64,000 nucleotides of DNA from a virus (lineage: Duplodnaviria; Caudoviricetes). The stretch's first letter is position 1. Every line of letters begins with the position of its first letter. Location of the stretch: positions 1 to 64,000 of the IMG/VR virus record IMGVR_UViG_3300013426_000014; one strand, 5' to 3'. Made by a program: the position numbers and the translations under genes. The notes beneath the pieces are model-generated. The model searched no databases. It was given only the letters and a program-made list of their open reading frames with translations, and had not been told where the DNA came from. Of the stretch, positions 1 through 10,223 are shown one piece after another.

Positions 1-3000
1 GGCGCGCGGAGGATCGCGGCGGCGGCGTCGGCGCTGTCCGCCGTGGGGAAGGTCGACGCCGCGGGGATCAGGTCCGTCGGGGACGCGCTGCCGGCGGTCA
101 GGGCGGCGGCGTCGGCGGTCAGGGCGCTCGCCGGGATAAAAGACCCCGGGATCGACCTGTCGTGGATCGGGAAGGCGGCGGACGGGATCCGGGCGCTCGC
201 CGGGATAAAAGACCCCGGGATCGACCTGTCGTGGCTGGCCGATATAAAAAGGGCGCAGAAGGACGCGGCCGGGATAAAGCCGGCGGCGTGGTCCGGCCTG
301 GAGGCCGCGGCCGGGTCGCTGAGGGGCGCGGCGGAGATACTGGCGTCGCTGCCGGAGGGGGTCGACCTGTCCGGGCTGGCCGTGTCTTTGCCGGACGGGC
401 TGGCGGGGATATCCGCGGCGGGGAAGGACGGATCGCTCGACGGGCTGGCCGCGGCGGGCGGCGCGATATCCGCGTTCGCAGGGGCGCTCGCGGCGGCGAA
501 GGGGGTCGACCCGGCCGCGCTGGCCGCGCTGGGCAAGATAAAGGGGAACGAGCTCGACGGGCTGGCGGCGGTGTCGAAAAAGCTGTCGGCCGCCGGATCC
601 GCGAACGCGGCGGCGAGGAACATCTCCGCGCTGGCCGGCGCGATGTCCGGGATATCCGCTGACCCCGCGGCCGCGGCGAGGTCGAGACGCGCGGTCAACG
701 CGGTGTTCAGGGAGATCGGCAGGATAAGGATCGACCCCGCGGCGGCGGACGCGCTGAAAAGGGTCGGCTCAAAGGCCGGCGAGGCGGTCGAGGCGATGGC
801 GAAGGCGGCGGCGGCCCTCGGATCGGCGGAGGTGCCGGCCGGCGCGGGCCGGAAGGCGAGGCGGATAGGCCGGGTGTTCAAGGAGATCGGCGCGGCGGCG
901 AAAGACATGTCGGCGGGTCTGACCGCGAAGGACGTCACCGGCGTGAGACGGTCCGCGGAGGGTTACGAGACGTTCATCCGCCTGACGTCCGGCCTGTCGC
1001 TCAGGCTGACCGCGGCGGCGCTGCTCGCCCCGGCGGCGCTGGTCGGGGCGGCGGCGCTCCGGCTCGAGCTCGCGATAATCGGGAAGCATGTAAAGGAGAT
1101 CGCGTCGATGTCCGCCAACAACGACAACGCGGCGAAGAACATCAAGGCGATGACGGGGTTCGTCCTCGCGCTGGGCGGGCTGACCGCGCTCACGGCTGGC
1201 GTCGCGCTCGTCATCGACGGGAAGATCATCGGCGCCATAGCCGCGGAGGCGGTCCTGTGCGGGATGCTGATCGGGGCGATGAAGCTGGTCCTGACGATAT
1301 CGGAAAAGGACGTCGCGGCGGCGGACCGGAACGTCAGGTCGATGTCGGTCCTCGCCGGGACGCTGACGGCGATGACGGCCGGGATAGCGGCCGTGTCGTG
1401 GATCGCCGGGTCGGGGAACGTGATGGCGACGCTCGGAATCGCGGCGGCGTCGGCCGGGATGCTGATCGGGACGGCGTGGCTGCTGTCGAGGATCGACGGG
1501 ATGGATAAGGCGGAGAAGGGCGCGAGCGCGCTCGCGCTGTTCAGCGGGTCGCTGCTCGCCGTGACCGCCGGGGTCGTCGTCCTTTCGAAGGCGGTCGAGT
1601 CAGCCGACGCCGGCGCGCTGATCGGGACGATCGGCCTGATGACCGTCGTCGGGGCGGCGCTGATCGGGGCGGCGGCGCTGATGGCGAAGCCGCGGGTGTC
1701 GGACGGATCCGCGGTCAAGGGCGCGGCGGCGCTGGCTCTGTTCGCGGCGACGTCGATCGGGATGATGACGGCGGTCGTGCTGCTGTCGAAGATCTCCGGC
1801 TTCGACGAAGGCGGCGGGTCGAAGATATGGCAGACAGTCCTGCTGATGACGGCGGTGACGGGGATCATGGCGGGGACGGCGTTCCTCGTGTCGAGATTCG
1901 GCCTCGCCGCCGCGCCGGGCGCGCTGGTCGGCATCGCGGCGCTGGGCATGATAGGATTCGGCATGGTGCTCATGACGAAATCCATAATGTCGATATCGGA
2001 AAAATACGACGGCAAGAAGGTGTGGAGTACGTTCGGCCTGATGGCGGCGGTGACGGCCGGCGTCATAGGGGTGGGCGCCCTGCTCGCGGCGGCGGCGCCG
2101 GTGACGTTGGCCGCGCTCGCCGGCGGGATCGCGTTCCTGCTTGTCGCGACGTCAATAACCGGCGGCATCGCCGCGGTGGCGGGCGTCAGGAAAACGCTCG
2201 AGGAAAACGGGCTCGACAAGCCGGACGGGAACGGACAGACATGGATAACGACCATGATAAAACCGGTGCTGAACGAGACGATGGGACTGTTCGCTGGAAT
2301 CGACATGCCGGTGAAAATGGCGGTCGTCAGAAAGGGAAAACGCGCCGTCATGAAAGTCATCAAGGCGATCGACGGGATCGCCAAGTCGATGGTCGCGCTG
2401 AAAAAGGCGGGCATCGGCGCGGAGGAGGCGGTCGAATACGCGGCGAGCATGAAGACCGCGGTGTCGGGATTCATGACGGTCGTGACCGACATGCTGGCGG
2501 CGTGGGAGAAATCCGCGGACGACGGGCACAAGATACACAGGTCGACGATACGGAAGCAGAAGAAGACACTCAAGAACGTCGCGCGACTCGTGGGCGTCAC
2601 CCGCGGTCTGATGAAAATCATCAGGGATTTCGACAAGGACGGGAAGGACGGTCGGAACATGATTGACTCCGCGGCGGAGAACGCGGCGGTCATTTCCGGC
2701 GCGGTGCTGTCGTTCACGACGGCGTTCTTCGCCGGCGACGAGTTCGAGAACGCGATCGGCGAGTCGTTCAGGCGGACGCGGCGGAGCCTGAAGATGGTGA
2801 ACAGGCTGGTGAGGACGTCGTCGCGGTTCATGTCGATGATGAACGGCATCGGCGACAAGACAAGGGCAGACATGGAGAAGTCCGCGTCCGCCGGCGAGGG
2901 GACGGAGTTCGAGTCGAAAGGACGGCAGGTGTCGGACGCGCTGCTGAGGTTCACGACCGGATTCTTCGGCGGGATGGCGGCGCTCGACAAAACGGTCGAC

Positions 3001-4410
3001 GAGAGGATGCGCGCGGCGAGGAAGCCGCTGAAGAACCTCCGCCGGCTGGTCGCGATAGTCCCGAATTTCCTCGGCGCGCTGCAGAAATATACCGACATGA
3101 CGAGCGGGGAGGACGGGAAGCCGACCGCGGAAGACATCATGGCGAACGCGGAGAGTCTCGCCGCGATAGTGACGAACTTTACCGGCACGCTGTTCGGCAA
3201 ATTCCAGGAGCTGTCTGAGCCGGGGACGGTGAGGAAGAACATAAAGAACCTCCGCCGCGTCATAAAACCGGTGACGTCGCTGGTCGAGATGCTGGCGTCA
3301 TATGACAGCGGCGACGGCGAGACGCTCGCCAGGGTGTCGGTCGTCAACGGAAAGATAGAGAGGACCGGGACGGTGAACGTCACGAACGTGTCGAAGGCGA
3401 TCATATCGGCAGTCACGCTGTTCCTGAAGACCATGTACGCGAAGGAGAACGTCGACAGGTGGAACGAGCTGTCCGGCCGCGAGCTCAACCGCGGCGCCGC
3501 CGTGTTCGGGAAGCTCGGCGTCGTCATCGAGCCGATCACCGCGTTCACGGAGATGCTGCTGAAGTTCAAAGACGGCGGGCTGCTCGACAAGGACGGTAAC
3601 GTGCAGCCGATAGAGCCGGTCGGCGCCGCCATCGCGGGGACGGTCGTCAACTTCCTGAACACGCTGTACAGCGACGACAACAAGCGGATGTGGAAAAACA
3701 TGTCGAAGATGTCGGCGGAGGACGGGAGGTCCGCGCTGTCGGCGATAATCGACCCGGTTGAGTCGTTCGTAAAAATGATATCCGACATCGGCGCCGGCAT
3801 GACGGCGGACGGCGTGATGACGGTCAAGACCGACGGCGGCGCGGAGAGGAAAGTGAACATGCCGTCGATAGCGCGCCAGTTGTCCGGCGGGTTCAAGGCG
3901 TTCGCCGACGCCGTGGAGGGCGCGGCCGACCCGAAGAAGTCGAAGACCGCCGCGAAGGCGATAGAGAAATCCGCCGCGTCCGTGTCGAAGGCGTTCAAGG
4001 AGATCGACGGAGTGCTCGCGAAGTCGAAGAACGACAGCAGGGTCGCGGAGCTCAGGCGCCTGACGGAGGAGATCCAGAAGCTCGCGGAATCGGTCGACAA
4101 GATCGACATGGAGAAAATAAAGGAACAGATCGAGCTGCTGAAGACACAGACGTCGCTCATGCAGGCGGAGGCGCAGCGGGAGTACGCGAAGAAAGGACCT
4201 TCCGCCGCGGAACAGGTTGACGAAACGTCCGGGACCGGAAACCGTGGGGCGGGCAGAGGGAACGTCCCGGCGGATCAGCCGAAGGTCACGCCGGCAATCA
4301 TCGACCCGACCGCGCTGGCGCAGGCGTTCGTCGCGGCGATGTCGAACAGTCCGTGGACTATGACGGTCATCGACGACAAGAACATTATGTTCACCGTCGA
4401 CGGCGATTAG
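1..4410 (+). CDS. Tape-measure-like protein, 5'-truncated (frame open from base 1)
   Basis: More than 1460 codons, Ala/Gly-rich helical repeats, long hydrophobic middle segments, next to tail tube and sheath. Ends in TAG followed by a terminator hairpin. 12 Trp codons, all TGG. Confidence 0.65.
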   Translation, partial: GARRIAAAASALSAVGKVDAAGIRSVGDALPAVRAAASAVRALAGIKDPGIDLSWIGKAADGIRALAGIKDPGIDLSWLADIKRAQKDAAGIKPAAWSGLEAAAGSLRGAAEILASLPEGVDLSGLAVSLPDGLAGISAAGKDGSLDGLAAAGGAISAFAGALAAAKGVDPAALAALGKIKGNELDGLAAVSKKLSAAGSANAAARNISALAGAMSGISADPAAAARSRRAVNAVFREIGRIRIDPAAADALKRVGSKAGEAVEAMAKAAAALGSAEVPAGAGRKARRIGRVFKEIGAAAKDMSAGLTAKDVTGVRRSAEGYETFIRLTSGLSLRLTAAALLAPAALVGAAALRLELAIIGKHVKEIASMSANNDNAAKNIKAMTGFVLALGGLTALTAGVALVIDGKIIGAIAAEAVLCGMLIGAMKLVLTISEKDVAAADRNVRSMSVLAGTLTAMTAGIAAVSWIAGSGNVMATLGIAAASAGMLIGTAWLLSRIDGMDKAEKGASALALFSGSLLAVTAGVVVLSKAVESADAGALIGTIGLMTVVGAALIGAAALMAKPRVSDGSAVKGAAALALFAATSIGMMTAVVLLSKISGFDEGGGSKIWQTVLLMTAVTGIMAGTAFLVSRFGLAAAPGALVGIAALGMIGFGMVLMTKSIMSISEKYDGKKVWSTFGLMAAVTAGVIGVGALLAAAAPVTLAALAGGIAFLLVATSITGGIAAVAGVRKTLEENGLDKPDGNGQTWITTMIKPVLNETMGLFAGIDMPVKMAVVRKGKRAVMKVIKAIDGIAKSMVALKKAGIGAEEAVEYAASMKTAVSGFMTVVTDMLAAWEKSADDGHKIHRSTIRKQKKTLKNVARLVGVTRGLMKIIRDFDKDGKDGRNMIDSAAENAAVISGAVLSFTTAFFAGDEFENAIGESFRRTRRSLKMVNRLVRTSSRFMSMMNGIGDKTRADMEKSASAGEGTEFESKGRQVSDALLRFTTGFFGGMAALDKTVDERMRAARKPLKNLRRLVAIVPNFLGALQKYTDMTSGEDGKPTAEDIMANAESLAAIVTNFTGTLFGKFQELSEPGTVRKNIKNLRRVIKPVTSLVEMLASYDSGDGETLARVSVVNGKIERTGTVNVTNVSKAIISAVTLFLKTMYAKENVDRWNELSGRELNRGAAVFGKLGVVIEPITAFTEMLLKFKDGGLLDKDGNVQPIEPVGAAIAGTVVNFLNTLYSDDNKRMWKNMSKMSAEDGRSALSAIIDPVESFVKMISDIGAGMTADGVMTVKTDGGAERKVNMPSIARQLSGGFKAFADAVEGAADPKKSKTAAKAIEKSAASVSKAFKEIDGVLAKSKNDSRVAELRRLTEEIQKLAESVDKIDMEKIKEQIELLKTQTSLMQAEAQREYAKKGPSAAEQVDETSGTGNRGAGRGNVPADQPKVTPAIIDPTALAQAFVAAMSNSPWTMTVIDDKNIMFTVDGD
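123..234 (+). repeat. Direct repeat with 69-nt period encoding ALAGIKDPGIDLSW twice
   Basis: ggcgctcgccgggataaaagaccccgggatcgacctgtcgtgg occurs at about 123 and about 192. Confidence 0.85.
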
Positions 4411-4435
4411 AAGCCCGTGACCGCGGCTTTACATG

Positions 4436-4467
4436 AAAAATGACCGGATTACCATCCGGTCATTTTT
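4436..4467. terminator. Bidirectional intrinsic terminator
   Basis: AAAAATGACCGGAT-tacc-ATCCGGTCATTTTT perfect inverted repeat between convergent genes. Confidence 0.85.
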
Positions 4468-4502
4468 ATTGTCTTAAAACGCGAATAAACAGTGTTCGTG
4501 GA

Positions 4503-4676
4503 CTATATAATCTTTTTGTTGCTGCATCCGCCGTAACGGAACTGCTCGACTGAATGCGACAGCACGCAATATGGCGTCAGATCTGACTCCTTGTAGCGGA
4601 GCCAGTCGCATCCGCGGCAGAAGAACGGTTTAGCCACGCCGAACGCCGACACTTCTTTCGCCTTGACGTTTTCCAT
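4503..4676 (-). CDS. Small Cys-containing protein (57 aa), absent from the ORF track
   Basis: MENVKAKEVSAFGVAKPFFCRGCDWLRYKESDLTPYCVLSHSVEQFRYGGCSNKKII*. CxxC plus two more Cys, fills the gap between two terminators. Confidence 0.5.
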   Translation of the reverse strand: MENVKAKEVSAFGVAKPFFCRGCDWLRYKESDLTPYCVLSHSVEQFRYGGCSNKKII

Positions 4677-4714
4677 AGGTCGTTTTCATATTTTATGTTT
4701 TACAAAAGACGAAG

Positions 4715-4740
4715 AAAGACGGCGTCGCCGCCGTCTTTTT
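4715..4740 (-). terminator. Intrinsic terminator after tail tube gene
   Basis: AAAGACGGCG-tcgc-CGCCGTCTTT hairpin about 20 nt past the tube stop codon. Confidence 0.7.
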
Positions 4741-4759
4741 CGCTTTTCCGCACGGACGA

Positions 4760-5410
4760 TTAGAGCTGGACCTCGTCCCAATGGTCGCAGCGGAGCTTGA
4801 AACCGCTGACCTTGACGATGTCGTTCTTGTTCGTGTAGTCGAGATCTATCGACCCGATGCCCTGCTGGATAGGGAAGCAGTCGTAAAGCGTCCACTGCCA
4901 ATACGGGTTCATCACCTTGTCGTGCATGGTGATGACGACTTCAGGGGCGGCGTAGTCTTTCTTCAGACCCATGCGGCCGGTTAGCGGATCCCAGATGAGG
5001 TCCGTCCAGCGGCGGAGAAGTTTGATGACATAGTTCTCGACGCCGGAGCCGCCGAGCGTTTCCTGCGCGCCGGCCTGGTTGTACGACTCATAGCTCAGAT
5101 TGACGTTGAAATCCATCGAGACATCGATAGTTGTCTTCGCCGGTCCAGCCTGCGCGTACGACCTGGTCGCGAACTTATACTGCTGCTCAGTCACATCCGG
5201 AACCGGGTTCGTGTCGAGTCCCGATACCTTCGTCACCTCTTCAAGAAGCAGGTTGCGTTCCTCGTCCTCCATCGCCACCGCGGCCGGAAGCGTGATCTGG
5301 ACCCAGAACAGGTTCTTCCACTCCGGCTCATACATCATAGACGACGCCCTGGAGTTGTTATAATGCGGCAGGCCAAGAGTACCTTTGCTGGTTACATTCT
5401 GCAATGCCAT
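4760..5410 (-). CDS. Tail tube protein (T4 gp19-like)
   Basis: 216 aa, directly downstream of sheath. Motifs LRRWTDLIWDPLTGRMGLKKDY, WTLYDCFP, LDY and C-terminal CDHWDE are typical of the gp19 family. Confidence 0.85.
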   Translation of the reverse strand: MALQNVTSKGTLGLPHYNNSRASSMMYEPEWKNLFWVQITLPAAVAMEDEERNLLLEEVTKVSGLDTNPVPDVTEQQYKFATRSYAQAGPAKTTIDVSMDFNVNLSYESYNQAGAQETLGGSGVENYVIKLLRRWTDLIWDPLTGRMGLKKDYAAPEVVITMHDKVMNPYWQWTLYDCFPIQQGIGSIDLDYTNKNDIVKVSGFKLRCDHWDEVQL

Positions 5411-5483
5411 ATATTTTCCTTGTTATTTTTCTTATGAAAGGCGGGGCGGAAACTCAAGTCCCGCGCCGCCGTCCAGAAATCTT

Positions 5484-7952
5484 TTAAGCTGACAGCCTGT
5501 TGACCTTGATCCTCGTGACGATCTTCTCGAGGTTCTTGCCCATCTTGACGCCGATGTCAAGAATGCCATAGCTGCGCTCGATCACCTCGTCGGTGTTGTT
5601 GTTCTCGTCCATCTGGATCTCGAAGCTATAGAGCGCGCCGGAATCCTGCATGGCCTGTAAAATAGGTGTCACCTTACGCACGATTTCCGCCCTTGTCTCC
5701 GCTGTGTTGTACTTGAACACGTATGGGTGAAGCTTCGCTTGCACCTCGATCTCAATCGTGTTGAGAAGTTCGCGCACGTGCAGGTAATTGTAGTCAGAGA
5801 TGACGTCTTGATACGCAGTCTTGTCACCGTAAATGAGAACCTTGCCGTTCCTCGTGATGATCGGGTTGATGCCATACGGCTCGATGTTGCCACGGTCTGT
5901 CTTATCGAACATGTATTCGACGCCGCCTATCGACGAGTTGGAAAGCACGCCGTTCATGTTGGCGACAGTGATGTACGGATTGCCGGTGGCAGAGAACTTG
6001 CGGTAGTATGCGTTCGCGACGTCGGCGGCAGGCGGAACAAGAATGTTCTTCACGCCGTCTGTGTACTTAAGGTATGGTGCGAACACGCCGGTGAACTTCG
6101 ATCCCTCGTCCTCGCTCGGCAGCGTCACCGCGCCGGCGCCTATCGCGTCAGGGTTTCCGCCAGTCGACAGGTATTTCGTGTCGAAGTCGCCCGGACGTCC
6201 GTTTATGTCGCGGAATATCGGCTGCTCCGAAGAGGCGAGATACTCCATCGACGGATAAGACAGGATCGCCGTGCACGAGCCGGCATCCTTCGCGAGCATC
6301 GACAGGTGTTTCTTTCCACCGAGTCCCTGGCCCTTGCCGCCGCCCATCGTGTCGATAATATACCGGAACATGATCATGTCGGTGTTGGTGAGTCCGCGGT
6401 GTATGCCGGCGTCATCAAGCATGCCATATATCTTCTCGATACCAGCCTCGATGTCGACGTTACCGTCCTTGTCATATCCAGGAATGTGACGGTTACCGAT
6501 CTCGAGACCCTTGAGGTAAAGGCCAGAGAGCGAGTCATAAAGGTCGGTTATTGCCCTGTGACGTGACACGGCGTGCGTCGTCTTTCCGATTTCATCACCG
6601 GTGGAGGAGTCTTTAATCGAAACCTCGCCGAAATCAGCAACCTTGTCCGTACAGGTGAATACGTAAACCGCCTCGCCTTCATTGATTCCAGAGAACAGTT
6701 TATGGTAAAGGCCGCTCTCGTCATTCTTGTCATCTGCAGTCACAACCTTATACGTCTTCTTAATCACCCTTGACAAGTGCTCGTCCTCCACACTGCCGTC
6801 GCTGGCGGCGGTTCCGGAAACAATGAGATCACCGATTGTGATGTTGTTATAATTGACGAGATTACCGCTGGCGTCCGTCGCGCTGACGGCGAACATATTG
6901 CCGTCGACGGCATCCGCGGTTTCGGTGAACGCGATCGATCCGTCCACCGCCGGGTACGACAGGAATCCATTGAACTTGCAGTCTTCACCATCCAAGATCG
7001 TGTGGCCAACAAGATCGACGACGTAGCCGTCCTCATGCACATCCTCTATCGTCTCGAGCAGCTCCTCGTTAAGTGAGACCATGAAGCCGGTCCGCGGAGT
7101 CGCCTGATTAATGACAGGGACTATCGACTCATACTGCCCGTTCTTCGCGTAAAAATCCGGGATGATCGTGCCGGTCCAGTTGCCGATCACGTTGATCGCA
7201 TCGTCAGCAAGGAAGCCGGAAAGCTTGTCCTTCTTGACGCCGGTGGCGGAGAAGAAATCTTTCCACTTGCTGTCGGTCGAAAGCTTTTTATAGTCGTCCC
7301 ACTTGCCCTCGACAACAATGACCTGAATGAAGTAGTCAGACAGGTAATCGGACGGAAGGATCCACTTGTACGGGATCTTATCCTCCGCGCCATAAAAATC
7401 CTTCGCGGTAACATTATAACCCTTGACGTTCTCCGCCTTGCGGATGAACACGGTTATATCCTTCGTCCCGGTATTCGCGATGTTGAAGATGTTCGACTCC
7501 AGTGCGTCCGCGTTGTCGTTCGCCAACGCCTGAAGCTTCTCCGGCTTCGCGTACCAGAACTTGCTCCTGTCAAAGTACTGATCATACGCCGCGGCGATCT
7601 TCTCGCCGTTCTCTTTATTCGCCTGCACGCTCACGCGCTGCAGTTCAGACTTGTCACGCTCATCGACCCTGAGCAGGTTGAGAGCGAAGACCGGCGCCTG
7701 CTTGAGCAGCGTGTTAAGTGAACGCTGGAAGAAGCTGCCCTTGCGCTCGAGCTTTGTGTCGATCGTGCCGAAATACTTCTCGGCGTCAGAGACACTGTTC
7801 AGGAAAACAGGCACGTTGTACGGACCTTTCTTACTGAAGCCTACCGCAAGACGCAAAGCCTCGACGTCTATCGACTCGATTACTGAGTTATCCTCCTCGA
7901 GAAAGTACACGCCGGCGCTCTTATAATCGCTGTAATTAAGACTTTTCGCCAT
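5484..7952 (-). CDS. Tail sheath protein (T4 gp18-like)
   Basis: 822 aa. N-terminal SAGVYFLEED...VGFSKKGPYNVPV, C-terminal VPPAADVA...INPII...IYGDKT...LHVRELL...FKYNT...MDENNNT. Confidence 0.93.
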   Translation of the reverse strand: MAKSLNYSDYKSAGVYFLEEDNSVIESIDVEALRLAVGFSKKGPYNVPVFLNSVSDAEKYFGTIDTKLERKGSFFQRSLNTLLKQAPVFALNLLRVDERDKSELQRVSVQANKENGEKIAAAYDQYFDRSKFWYAKPEKLQALANDNADALESNIFNIANTGTKDITVFIRKAENVKGYNVTAKDFYGAEDKIPYKWILPSDYLSDYFIQVIVVEGKWDDYKKLSTDSKWKDFFSATGVKKDKLSGFLADDAINVIGNWTGTIIPDFYAKNGQYESIVPVINQATPRTGFMVSLNEELLETIEDVHEDGYVVDLVGHTILDGEDCKFNGFLSYPAVDGSIAFTETADAVDGNMFAVSATDASGNLVNYNNITIGDLIVSGTAASDGSVEDEHLSRVIKKTYKVVTADDKNDESGLYHKLFSGINEGEAVYVFTCTDKVADFGEVSIKDSSTGDEIGKTTHAVSRHRAITDLYDSLSGLYLKGLEIGNRHIPGYDKDGNVDIEAGIEKIYGMLDDAGIHRGLTNTDMIMFRYIIDTMGGGKGQGLGGKKHLSMLAKDAGSCTAILSYPSMEYLASSEQPIFRDINGRPGDFDTKYLSTGGNPDAIGAGAVTLPSEDEGSKFTGVFAPYLKYTDGVKNILVPPAADVANAYYRKFSATGNPYITVANMNGVLSNSSIGGVEYMFDKTDRGNIEPYGINPIITRNGKVLIYGDKTAYQDVISDYNYLHVRELLNTIEIEVQAKLHPYVFKYNTAETRAEIVRKVTPILQAMQDSGALYSFEIQMDENNNTDEVIERSYGILDIGVKMGKNLEKIVTRIKVNRLSA

Positions 7953-7991
7953 ATTACTTTTCTTATTTTTCTTATTATGCGCTTCGCATAG

Positions 7992-7998
7992 TATTTAT
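7992..7998 (-). promoter_or_regulatory. ATAAATA late-promoter-like box upstream of sheath
   Basis: Same heptamer lies 20-65 nt upstream of at least 16 genes. It resembles the T4 late promoter TATAAATA. Confidence 0.6.
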
Positions 7999-8035
7999 TT
8001 TTATACCTTTGCTATTTTTAGCCCCATATGGGCAT

Positions 8036-8061
8036 AAAAAAACCGGGCTTTTGAAGCCCGG
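8036..8061 (-). terminator. Intrinsic terminator
   Basis: CCGGGCTT-ttg-AAGCCCGG stem with a T7 tract on the minus strand. Confidence 0.75.
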
Positions 8062-8087
8062 CCGGAAAATAAAATGTGAATAGACGA

Positions 8088-10169
8088 TTACTCGTCGTCT
8101 TTCTTGTCGTCCTTTCCGAAGATGTCGTCGAAGTCCATGTCGTCGAAGTCCGGCTCCTTGTCGTCGTCGGATTTGTCGTCGTCGGATTTGTCGTCCGACT
8201 CCGGCGGAACGATCTCGCCGCCGAGTTTATCCTCGAGATCGACGCCTTTGGTATCCAACCAGTCCTTAAGCGCCATAATCGAGTTGGCGTCGACCTTGAT
8301 CTCGACATCCTCATCGTCATCATCATTGTCAACCACGTCAATGTCATCCTCCTCGACGCCGGCCTCTATCATCTGGCGCTTCGCCTTGTCAACATCCTCC
8401 TTCGCGACCTTGACGAGAACGGCGGTCATCGGAACCTCCTCGTTGTCATTGTCGTCGGAATCGCCGCCTTTCTTGTCCGCGTCCTGCCCGTCGTCATTAC
8501 CGAGGTCCTTAAACATATCCTCGAAACCGTCGTCTGACTTGTCGTCGTCACCGTCCGACTCGAACACCCGGCGGTAACGACCAAACCTCGAGCGGACCGA
8601 CTCATTCATCTTGTTCTTCTTGCGGAATGAGATCTCGTTCTTGATCATGTCAATCTCGTTCTGAAGCTTGTCGATCAACTTCTGTATCCGCGCCGCCTTG
8701 CGCTCATCTTTCTCTGTACGAAGCGCTTTCTTCTGGTCAGAAAGCAACGCCTTCTTATCGGCAAGCAAATCGGCGAGATCGGAAAGCTTATACTCCTTTA
8801 TCTTCTGTCCGTCGACCGACCTACCGCCAAAATCGGATTTCGGAACGGACGAACGAGCGGCCTCTGACACGGCGTAACCGCGACGGACGGAACGGTCATT
8901 ACGGTATTCAACACCGTCAACACTGTTTGCGTCAACCGCCTCGTTCAGACGAAGCGCGCGCCCGAAATAACGCACGGACTCGTCGAGCGACGGCGTGTTA
9001 AACATCTTGTCGCCGACAACGACACTGTATCCCGGTTTCTTTGTGACACCCGCCATGCCGAGTTTCTTATGCGTCAGGTAAGACGCGAGATCGACGAACT
9101 TCTTGCCGTCGTATCCATTCGACTCGTTGATGACGAAATTCTTTATGTTGAGAAGCATGTTGCAGTACTCCTCCGGATTCGGCTGATTGCTCGCGGTGTA
9201 TCCGGTTTCGTTGACGAGCATGTCGACAAACCTACGGCCGGCGAGATTCACGTCAGCGGCCCGCCTGTCACGGCTCTCATTCAATCTGTTTGGTCTCATA
9301 TTCAATTTTGATTCGTTTATCTTTTTGCGGCGAACGCCAGACATGGTCCGCTCCGACTCCTGCACGCCCTGATCATCAACACCGACGCCAGCGGACAAAC
9401 TGCCATATGACACATGATCCGGCCGCCGCGACACCTGCACGCCGTCCGTCATGTCGGCGCCCACCACGAAGCACGCGCATTTCCTGCCAAAATCAGGTGA
9501 GAATCTGACATAGTTAACGCCGTCGTCATGGAATGTCGTTATAAACACATTGCGGACAGAATCATTTACATAGATATCCGGTGTGATTTCGGTTATCGTC
9601 GACGCGAGCCCTTCGCGTGTGCATGCATCGGCGAGCTTGTCAAATGTCGTGACACCAACCTTACCCTGCAGTGAAGGCAGGTTCTTCGCCAGCGCCCTGC
9701 GAACATCACCAACAAGCCCGTCAAAGACGAAGACAACAATCTTCTTTCCGTTACGGAGCAGCGCCGGTATCATTCTGACCAACTCGTCAACAGACACATC
9801 GAGCACGCCGTCGGACTTGTGATCAAATTTTTCGTTTAATGTATATTTCGCCATTCTTATAGGCATTTTATTTTCTGTGTTAACTGGCGCGGCGGACTCG
9901 TCCGTCTTTTTCCTGACATGCGGTTTCACCGATCCGATGACAGAATCAATGTACGCTTTGTCCGCGCCGTATTTGCGCATGAACCTTTTTATCTTGTCGA
10001 CTTCGCGGTCACTGTTCGTCTTCACCGATATCTTCTCTCCGCGGACGCACGCGTTCAGCCGGAACTCGTCGTACATGACGTCGACGCAATCACGGGCGGA
10101 CGAAAACTTTCTCCCGCCGCCAAGCTTTTTCCAGTCGATCACATATACACGAAGTCTCTTATAATCCAT
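8088..10169 (-). CDS. Hypothetical late protein with coiled coil and very acidic C-terminus, possible prohead core or internal protein
   Basis: 693 aa. ATAAATA at 10192-10198. Many [LIVM]-x-E motifs (TLNE, KINE, RLNE, VINE, KMNE, RVFE). D-rich tail. Confidence 0.55.
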   Translation of the reverse strand: MDYKRLRVYVIDWKKLGGGRKFSSARDCVDVMYDEFRLNACVRGEKISVKTNSDREVDKIKRFMRKYGADKAYIDSVIGSVKPHVRKKTDESAAPVNTENKMPIRMAKYTLNEKFDHKSDGVLDVSVDELVRMIPALLRNGKKIVVFVFDGLVGDVRRALAKNLPSLQGKVGVTTFDKLADACTREGLASTITEITPDIYVNDSVRNVFITTFHDDGVNYVRFSPDFGRKCACFVVGADMTDGVQVSRRPDHVSYGSLSAGVGVDDQGVQESERTMSGVRRKKINESKLNMRPNRLNESRDRRAADVNLAGRRFVDMLVNETGYTASNQPNPEEYCNMLLNIKNFVINESNGYDGKKFVDLASYLTHKKLGMAGVTKKPGYSVVVGDKMFNTPSLDESVRYFGRALRLNEAVDANSVDGVEYRNDRSVRRGYAVSEAARSSVPKSDFGGRSVDGQKIKEYKLSDLADLLADKKALLSDQKKALRTEKDERKAARIQKLIDKLQNEIDMIKNEISFRKKNKMNESVRSRFGRYRRVFESDGDDDKSDDGFEDMFKDLGNDDGQDADKKGGDSDDNDNEEVPMTAVLVKVAKEDVDKAKRQMIEAGVEEDDIDVVDNDDDDEDVEIKVDANSIMALKDWLDTKGVDLEDKLGGEIVPPESDDKSDDDKSDDDKEPDFDDMDFDDIFGKDDKKDDE

Positions 10170-10223
10170 CGCGTGAAATTACTTTACGTTTTATTTATCA
10201 TTTTCATACACTTCTGTTATCAG

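Noticed and set aside
963-4160. 1065-aa minus-strand ORF and many other antisense ORFs in the track
   Set aside because: Shadow frames of GC-rich real genes. Ser/Ala/Pro-biased translations with no recognisable motifs.
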